Assembly: GCF_032191835.1 (NCBI RefSeq)
Contig: NC_083226.1
Location: forward strand, 89,900,001-89,964,000
Direction: 5' to 3'
DNA from: Heteronotia binoei
Taxonomy: Eukaryota
Length of the DNA stretch: 64,000 bases
Shown: positions 55,363 through 64,000 of the stretch, piece by piece
Layout of the letters: each line of letters starts with the position of its first letter
How positions within the stretch are numbered: the first letter of the stretch is position 1
Position numbers and translations under genes: made by a program
Notes under the pieces: model-generated
The model's database searches: none
What the model saw: only the letters and a program-made list of their open reading frames with translations
Told to the model about the DNA's origin: nothing

Positions 55363-55680
55363 CTGCAAAGCCTGCTCTCCATTTGGCTTCCTTCCTGCAT
55401 CTTTCTGTTGTGCAGAAAAAGACTAGCCTTGAAGACTGACACAGGTTGCAATGCCTGAGCTCTGTTTGGCTTCCTTCCTTCCCCCGTCTCTGTGTTGTGC
55501 AGAGAAAAGCTAGCCTTAAAGACTGACACAGGCTGCAAAGCCTGCACTCCATTTGGCTTCCTTCCTTCCTGCATCTTTCTGTTGTGCAGAAAAAGGCTAG
55601 CCTTGAAGACTGACACAGGCTGCAAAGCCTGAGCTCTGTTTGGCTTCCTTCCTTCCCCCGTCTCTGTGTTGTGCAGAGAG
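55363..55680 (+). repeat. Minisatellite with alternating A/B ~83-87-bp monomers (ABAB)
   Basis: Monomers start at 55363, 55446, 55533 and 55620; monomers 1/3 and 2/4 are more alike than neighbours. Confidence 0.9.
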
Positions 55681-55976
55681 GAGCTGGGCTACCTCTCCTT
55701 CCTTCTTCCCCCCTTTCAGGTTTTAAGAGAAAAACTGGAGTCCACTGGCACTTTAGACCCATGAAGTGTTCTTCAAGGTATGAGCTTTCATGTACCTTGC
55801 AGTATGTTCTTTTGGGGAGATTTCCCCAGGAGGCCTGAGCAGCAAAGGGGGGGGGATGTTTTTTTTTTATTCGAGAGGGGAAGGGAGTGGGCATTCCAGT
55901 AGCTTTTTTTTTTTTTTTACCAAATGAGCCCTGGACAGAATTGTTGCTGGCTGGGGTCATCAAATGGTGAGTAAGG

Positions 55977-56208
55977 NNNNNNNNNNNNNNNNNNNNNNNN
56001 NNNNNNNNNNNNNNNNNNNNNNNNNNNNNNNNNNNNNNNNNNNNNNNNNNNNNNNNNNNNNNNNNNNNNNNNNNNNNNNNNNNNNNNNNNNNNNNNNNNN
56101 NNNNNNNNNNNNNNNNNNNNNNNNNNNNNNNNNNNNNNNNNNNNNNNNNNNNNNNNNNNNNNNNNNNNNNNNNNNNNNNNNNNNNNNNNNNNNNNNNNNN
56201 NNNNNNNN
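55977..56208. other. Assembly gap (232 N)
   Basis: Run of N. Confidence 1.
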
Positions 56209-56445
56209 GTCTGTATTTTTGGTGCTGGGGGGGCAGTGGGAGGGCTTCTAGTGTCCTGGCCCCACTGGTGGACATTCTGGTGCTTTTGGGGCATTGTATG
56301 AGAGAACTTTGGACTAAATGGTCCACTGGCCTGATCCAACATGATTTCTCTTATGTTCTTTCTTTCCATGTCTTTCTTTTCTTTTCTTTTCTTTTCTTTT
56401 CTTTTCTTTTCTTTTCTTTTCTTTTCTTTTCTTTTCTTTTTTTCC
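56209..56445 (+). mobile_element. CR1 3' UTR end followed by (TTTTC)n microsatellite
   Basis: TGGCCTGATCCAACATG..TTCTCTTATGTTCTT is the reverse complement of the 8550 tail. Confidence 0.8.
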
Positions 56446-57639
56446 CTTTCCTTCCATTTCATTCTTTCCCTTTCATTATTTCCCTTTCTCTTTCTTTCCT
56501 TCCTTCCATTTTTACTGGATGAAACTTTTCTGTTCATCATCATCAGACATAGGAGCTCTGCCAATGAAAAGTTGGCACCCCCAGTTGTAGCCAGCTGGCC
56601 TTTCTATGAGATTTCTGTGTGAGTGAGTGAGAGTGAGAGGTGTGGGGCAGAAAGAGATTATTGGAGATTACTGCAGTATATCTCAACAGCACTGGAAGTG
56701 ATGGTACTATGAACTTGGCACCATTTTACTGGTCTTGGTTTTAACAGCTGTCTGACACCAAAATTAAATTCCTCTTGTAGATATTAAAAAGGATGAAAGA
56801 AGTTCACTGGCTAAATATCTGCAAAACAGCTTGCTTTTAAAGGAATTGGAAACACAGCCAGTAAAAATCTGCAGGCCCCGCATAAATATCCTTTTTGGGA
56901 TAACTACAGAAAAGCTTGTATGAACTTCATATAACTGGAAATTAATTCATTAATTGCAGTACAATTTTCTGCTACCTTTCACAGTAATTTCCCAGTGTTT
57001 CAGCCAAAGAAAAGTATGAAAAATAGCTGTCAAAAGATTTTCTTGAAACCAAGCAAGCTTGGTTATAGCTTGAGTCAGAGTTCCAGTAGTAGCAGCTGAA
57101 GGAAGGGCCTACTAAATGTTTCAGTATATTTTGAGGTAGAGCAGCTGCCAGGGCCCAGTGTGGGTGATACACAGTGCTGTCATTCCTGATGGCAATGGCA
57201 ACAGCGCTCCCAACTGCATACACTGGCCAGTGCTGTTGTGGAAGGGGTGTGTAGGTGGTGCAGGCAATTGAACATGGGCATTAGGAGTGCTTGCAAGCTG
57301 GAGAAGAACACACAAACAGATAGGTGCATGCAGGTGTGGGAGTGGAAAGAGAGGACTGCCCACTTTCCACCCTCATTTTGACTCAGCATGAGTTTCAGAG
57401 AGATTTTTCTGAAAATGAAGTTACTTCAGAAGAAGAGGCAGGTTTGGGGGAGTGTCCTGGAAGTGACATCACAGGAAAAGGTGGAGTTTTGGTTCAGTGT
57501 GCTCCAGAAGTGACATCACTTGGCCCTTGTCACCACAGGAAATGACATAATTCCTGTCTCCACCCCCAAAGTCTCTTGGCTCCACCCCTGAATTTTAAGT
57601 GGGTCATAAAGGAGAAGTGTAAAAATAACCAGGCCATAG

Positions 57640-58370
57640 GAAATAAAAGTTTGGGAAACCCCTATCCAGGGGGCCAGGGATCCTGCAGAGCTATCTGGAA
57701 CTGTGCTGGATCCATCAGGCTCTGCAGGCAAGCTAAATATGCTGGTTGGAGTGGGACATAGTGATCCGACCATGGCACTGCTTCCGCAGTAATCCAGTCC
57801 ACTAAAACCCCCGCTGCAAAGATCAGATCCAGCTCGTGTCCCGCCTGGTGAGTGGACATTGTTACAAATTGGGAGAGTCCCAGTGTCACCATAGATGACA
57901 CTAGGTCCGTTGCCTGATTGGAGGTCATGTCATCAGCATGAACATTGAAGTCACCCAGGATTAAAAGCCTTGGGTGTTCCAATGCCCAGCTTGTTACGGC
58001 CTCCATGAGGGATGGTAAGGCACTGGCTGGTGCGTTAGGCAGACAGTACACCATCCATATTGCCAACCCCTCCCCAACATCCCACGCCAGACCAGCACAT
58101 TCAATGCCATCAACCTCTGAAGATGGGAGAGCCCAGAAGGAGTAAGCCTCCCATATGAAAAGGGCCACCCCTCTCCCCCACCCACTTGTCCATGATTGGT
58201 GAAAGACCGAGTATCCCAGGGGAGCTACCTGGGAGAGAGCTACAGTCTCCCCGTCTCGCACCCAGGTCTCAGTCACGCAAGCCAAGTCCATATGGCTGGA
58301 AGTCCCGAAGGATTGCGGTCTTATTTATGGACCTGGCATTGCATAACACCAATGCGGAGGTGACTAATTC
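57640..58370 (-). pseudogene. L2-like LINE ORF2 endonuclease fragment
   Basis: LCNARSINK, ACVTETW, GVAL, LGDFNVH, THQAGHELDLIF, WSDHY (APE motifs). Confidence 0.88.
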
Positions 58371-60723
58371 AACCTGACCCAACTGCTTGTTACTGTTGGA
58401 ATGGGATACAGACTAGAAGGGGGCCGAGCACCTCCATGTCTCAGCTGCCTTCCATTACATTTCTGTTCCCACCATCATACCTTCCCCTCCCCAGGAGTAC
58501 CGGAATCCCCAGGCCGGTCATCCCCTAATGGACTCTGCCTCAGCCTCAGATCAATATGGGTACACGGCTCACAACCCTATGCTATTCTGTATTCCTTCCC
58601 TCTCTATCCTTGCTAGGTAAAGTCTCCCTCCCAGTCCAGTCTACTATACCCCTCTGCCAAATTCATCCTAACTAGTTAATTAATATAAGCCCCACCCCAC
58701 TAATGCCTACCCAATTAATTAGCTAAGATCATTCAATTTTCTAATGGCTCAATTGATTATAAAACCCACCCAACCGCAATTTAGTACTACCTCAATTAAT
58801 TTGCCAACTTGAATCAAGTAGCCAATTAATTTAAACAGTTCCTCCCTACCCAATTTATTCATCACCCAGTTAACTACTAATACAACAATTAATTTAGCTG
58901 CCAATAATCTCCATTTTCAACCAATCAACATAGACATGAATTCCAGTTCTTATAGTCTAGCAATTGAAGACAGAGGTGTGGAAGATAAAGTGCTGTCGTA
59001 ATTAGCGCAAGATGTTAAAGTGCAGCAGTGTTTTGTGCAAGAATATTAATTGCAGGATGTTTTAAAGTGTGGACTTAGTGCAGGACCTTCACTGACCCAG
59101 TTCTTCCACGGCTATTAGTCCCCTTTTTTGGTCCAAACTCTGGGGTCTTAATGATGTCAAGCACAGAGCTTCTTTGTAGCCCCTAATTCAAATTCCAGCC
59201 TTCGCTTATTTGATAGCTTAGGAGTCTCAAGAAAGGTAGAGACCTTTTCTGTGTCTCCCAGCTGTTCTATCGTGTTCTTTGGGGTAGCAGGCTGGGCAAT
59301 AGAATGGGACCACGGGCTGGGCTGCAGTGTGGAGGCAGCAGCGGCCCCTCCCTGCTGTGAACTAACATTCCTTGCCAGATGAAGAGATGTTAATTGCTAC
59401 TGTCTGTGTGGATTAAAGGGTAGAAAGACAGAATGAAATAAAAAGACTGAAAGACAGAGATACAGAGAAAGAATGAGAGAAAGAACAGAAGGGGGAGGCA
59501 GAATAAAGAGGGGGAGCAAGGAGTGAGAGAGAAAAAAATGAGAAGGAAGATAGACAGGGCCCTGAGGAGAGACAGTAGTGATCAGTAAGCTGCCAGCAGA
59601 GAACTGTCTCCCTCAGTGGACATTGGCCATTTGATGGTGTTCTTGCCTGACAGGGCCAGCAGTGGGCAGTGGAGAGCAGAATCAGCCAATGGCATAGCAG
59701 AGACGGATTGCAAGCCAATCCTGCAAGAATGTTGGAAAGGCTGCAGTGGGTGGATGACAGAGAGGCTACCCAATGGTTGCGGAAAGTGGTGACAGACAGT
59801 GTGTCAGCCAATTCTTGGTGCAGTACAGTCCTGGTGACTGCAATGAATCAGGATGCCAGAATGTGCCACCCCGGCTTAGGTTTTATGACTAAATGATAAA
59901 TAAATACATGAATAGTTAAAAGCAGAATAAATGTGTATGTTTTTATTTTAGCTTAGTCAAAGTCACTCTTGTGTACACAGATATGTGCACTCACACACAC
60001 ATGTGCACTCACACACACATATACACATTGCCTGGGATTTTTTCTGTGTGCAGCAAAAGAAAGGAGAAATGCTACAGTGTGGTTGAAAGGGGAAAGTACA
60101 TGATGTAGTGCCCTTGTTAACGCTACACAGTGACTAGATGGGAAACCTTGGAGCTCTAGATATATCCCATTGTGGCTGGAGGGTAAGATAGAAAGGTAAT
60201 AAATAAGTAATAGGGGAGGGAAGGAATGCTCTTCTCAGGAGCTGGAAAATGGAGGAAGCTAGTACTCTTGCATCCCAATAACCAACTAACTAGTGTTAAG
60301 CTTTACAGCAGTATTTAAAAGAATTAAGGAAGAGGTTTTCCAAATAAGGAAAAAAGATGTCTGGGCCGCGACGTCCTGACCTCTCCTAGGCCCCCGGAAA
60401 CCACCCCTCAGAAATTAGGCCAATAATAATGCCACGCCAATGGCCACCCTTTCACCTACCCACCTTGCTGGCATTGAGCCACATGGGGCTCCCACTGGGC
60501 CGGGGCCTTTGCAAAGCCCCTGCTCGAGTGAGCCATCTGCCCACAACACCCAGGTCTGGGGGGGGGGGGACAGGAAGAAACACAGTGGAGGGCAGAGGGC
60601 TCAGATGTGAAGGGGGTGAGGGCCAGGAAGCAGGCAGACATGCCATGGCACACTGAGGAAGTGGCCAATCCCCCCAGGACAATCAGAACACACCCATCAC
60701 TGACCAAGAGGGAATGGACAGGG

Positions 60724-60991
60724 GAAGAAGAAGACTGCAGATTTATACCCTGCCCTTCTCTCTGAATCAGAGACTCAAAGCGGTTTACAATCTCCTATAT
60801 CTTCTCCTCCCACAACAGACACTCTGTGAGGTGGGTGGGACTGAGAGGGCTCTCACAGCAGTTGCCCTTTCAAGGACAACTCCTACGATAGCTATGGCTA
60901 ACCCAAAGCCATTCCAGCAGCTGTAAGTGGAGGAGTGGAGAAGAGTCCCGGATAAGAGTCCACACACTTAACCATTACACCAAACTGGCTC
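60724..60991 (-). mobile_element. tRNA-derived MIR/Ther1-like SINE (Squam3-like)
   Basis: Match to the 22506-22797 copy, including the CTT tail. Confidence 0.88.
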
Positions 60992-61864
60992 CGATACAAA
61001 GGTGGGGCTTCAGTCTGGGCCAGCCAGAGGGGGCCAATGGGAAGAAGGGAAGTGAGATGGACAGGCAGGAGAGGGAACGGGAGCCACAAGAGGGGTGCGG
61101 GATGAAAGTTTGAGGCAATAAAATGGGGGAACAGCAGATGGCCAGGGAGAAAGACAGAGAGATGGGTGACTGACAGTCAGAAAGAGAGAGAGTGTGTGTC
61201 AGCCCCTTTCCAGGAGTAGGCAGTCATGTGACGTCAACTTGGTGGCTCTCCAATTCTGAGTCCAAAAGCAACCCCCGAGCCTCGCTTCCAGCCATGGCCA
61301 GAGTACCCCCAGGCAGGGGGGACACGGAGGGGGTGCCACAAAAGGGAAGGTCTTTAAGCAGGGAGAGGTATGTTTGGATGATTGATTTAGCCAGTCTTAC
61401 TTATGATGGAGATGTAGGGTAATATACGGATTTCCCCTCCTAAATTTTGCTGCTCTTTGACACACTGAATGAAACATTACAATGGCCATAACTCCTAAAA
61501 TTGCTTCTTGACATGTCTGTATGGAAACTTTATCAACAAAGCGTGAACATGCATATGAGGGTGGATTAGAAGGGAAAATGGCATTGGAAAAGGACCATGC
61601 CCTAGGCTCCCCAAGTGCCACCTACCTAAGGGAGAAAGAGAGGGAAAAACAGCCTGTCCTGGCAGACCCACCCCATGCAATGCTTGGCTGAGTACCTTCT
61701 TCCTCACCCAGTGTGAGGCTCAGCCATCCCTCACTTGGGGCCAGGGTGGCCCTGGGAGACAATGCCCTTTCCCCAGCCGTTAGCTCATTGGGATTTTTCT
61801 GGGTAGCCTTAATCAACTAATCTTCCCTGCATGCAGATCAAAATGTCAATGAAGTTGTGGTGTT

Positions 61865-62000
61865 AATTGTACTTAAAGCTAGTTCAAGAGATGATGCTGA
61901 ACCAATGTTGTTTGTTTCTGAATGTTGTTGTAAATTGTACTTAAAGCTAGTTCTAGAGATGATGCTGAACCAATGTTGTTTGTTTCTGAGTGTTGTTGTT
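61865..62000 (+). repeat. 68-bp tandem duplication
   Basis: AATTGTACTTAAAGCTAGTTC... at 61865 and 61933, 2 mismatches in the aligned core. Confidence 0.92.
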
Positions 62001-63189
62001 GAAATAAACATAGGATCCAAGGGCAATGGTGAGGGGATGATGATGTGGGCACAGCAATGTCACTTCTGGTCGCTGTTGGAACTTTCACACATGCTAAACA
62101 ATGCCATTTCAATCAACTTCAGCAACCATTTGCAAGTAAATTTTGTCATTTCACACAGAAAAATCCATTTGCAAAGTGCATTGAAAATAGATTGAAAGTG
62201 TATTATTTAGTTTGTGTGAAAGCATCTGCATCACTTCCTAGAGTGCCACAGGTTTGTGTGTGTGTTATGCATCGTAAGAGTTGGTACCAGTAGTTGCTTG
62301 TTTTGTTCTTTCCTTCCTATTCTCTTTTCCTTTGGTGTTCTGTGTATATTATATTGTAGACAGGTGTTTTCAAGTGTAAACTATCTTCAATACAATTGTT
62401 GAAGGGCATTATATAAAGGGACCATAATAAATAATGTGTTGCTTCTGTTCATTGTACTGAAACAAAGGCAGAAAAGCAAACAAGAGCTGAGAATCAATAT
62501 GCAACCGGAAAAGGTACCACTTCAGAATTTTTCAAGGAACATTGCAGTCCCTGAAAACTCTCACCCGAACATTTCTGAGGTCAAAAAAATTGGTGCAACA
62601 CTACTTAAAAGTGTGTTGGATTTAAAGGTCTATATTCAAACATTTCCAAGAAATACATTACCTAAGTGACAATTCACACACATTACAGGTAGAGGTCTCT
62701 GATCCCATTAGCAGGAGAAAGCCTGGAGAGTAACCTACAGTTACACAGGAAAGCTTCTTACTTAAGCCTTGGTTTCAGGTCAAACTGGAAACTACACAGG
62801 GAATAATTTACACTGCATTTGTGCACTGGCATTAAGGTGTTTGTGAGAAGAATGCTTAACACCATGCCTAGACTAAACACAAACATTGCAAATTACCTAT
62901 GAAGTTCATTGTTTCAGTTCAGGCACTTTCTGTGCAAAGGCCATTAAAAAATTTCCCCCCCTTTTTTTCTTCAGTTGTGTTACGTTCAACCTCTGTGCTT
63001 CAGCATGTTTGCTCATCTGCTCTGGTTTGTCTGCTTTAAACAGCACTGACAGCATCCCTTTCCACAATACTGAAAGCAAGTTTTTCTGTGGAGGAAGAAA
63101 AGATGAAAGATGCTAGCTTCTCAAATTATTGTGAACAATAATTTTTATATCTTTTAATGAAATATGCATTCTGCCTTACTTGATGAATA

Positions 63190-63385
63190 CACATGAAGCT
63201 GTCTTATACTGAATCAGACCATTGGCTCATCAAGATCAGTGTCAACTCAGACTGGAAGCAGATCTCTAGAGTCTCAGTAGGGGTCTTTCATAACATCTAC
63301 TACCATAACCTTTTAACAAGAGATGCTAGGGACTGAGCTTGGGACCTTCTGCATGTCAAATGAATGTTTTACCACTATTCCACTG
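63190..63385 (-). mobile_element. Old tRNA-headed SINE with CR1-like tail
   Basis: Minus-strand head GCAGTGGAATAGTGGTAAAAC...GCAGAAGGTCCC; tail CATGAAGCTGTCTTATACTGAATCAGACC. Confidence 0.5.
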
Positions 63386-64000
63386 CACAGGTCGATAAAA
63401 CTGTAATTTAGATAGCTTCTTTAGAGTACTGAGTGTACTGTTTCAGACCAGCATGAGCTATACAACTGACTTTTTCGATAATTTATTTATACAAGATTAA
63501 TGATTTACGTATATTTAGTAGGTGGGTAGGACATGACTATCTTTGACGGTTCTGACTTGCACACAGAGTGCACAGCATTTCATCCTGGTGGTGGGGAATG
63601 TACAGGGAGACACTTAGTATAACAAAGGGGGCACTTAGCACTTCCACCCAAGGGGAAACCTTGCTGTGTGTCTAACAACCTTTCTGTGTGTCTAACATTT
63701 TTTCATTACAGAACACAGGCAGGTAGCCAATCTCTGAAGATGCAAACCAAAGGTGCAACCACACACTGATGGGTGAATTAGTGTGGGAATCCAGGAGGCT
63801 CAGTCCAGGAGTCTGTACCCATCTCCCTCACATACACCCTGGGCACTGCTTTAACAATACAGACTCATACACACAAGGCAAGTGGTGCAATTGGATGGGG
63901 ACAATGCAATGCATCTGCACCCAGAAATATACCCCACGGCATGAGATCAGCCCCCCCCCGAGTGTACCCCCCCAGGAGTGCTATGATGTTTGGGGGGGCG

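Noticed and set aside
55363-55680. CRISPR-like repeat-spacer array (also 33599-34075 and 46092-46129)
   Set aside because: Units are contiguous tandem repeats with no unique spacers and no cas genes; eukaryotic context.

Overview
Vertebrate (squamate, gecko-like by its SINE/LINE families) repeat-rich genomic DNA with three N-gaps. There is no bacterial or phage content, no CRISPR array and no true tRNA/rRNA gene. The main feature is a complete, very young tyrosine-recombinase retrotransposon of the Ngaro group (45696-52508). It has split direct repeats A1...B1-A2-spacer-B2 (A copies identical over 183 bp, B copies 3 mismatches in 399 bp) and four ORFs: Gag-like with zinc fingers, RT/RNase H, tyrosine recombinase and an SGNH hydrolase. 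The hydrolase ORF has no ATG upstream of its catalytic Ser but is preceded by a textbook 3' splice site that is in phase with two GTG|GTAAGC donors inside gag, which predicts a spliced Gag-esterase fusion. The recombinase frame has a TGA 12 codons after its likely ATG. The left 12 kb is a nested stack (L1, L2, two CR1, a SINE, a hAT MITE) apparently lying inside one hAT MITE whose 8-bp TSD is still visible. The rest holds MIR-like, Sauria and 5S-derived SINEs, Bov-B, L2, CR1, several hAT/Harbinger MITEs, a 3.2-kb non-autonomous hAT, a solo LTR and a CpG-rich promoter-like segment with an RFX-like box. A few candidate host exons are low confidence and could not be assigned to a gene. All alignments were done by eye; no database search was run.
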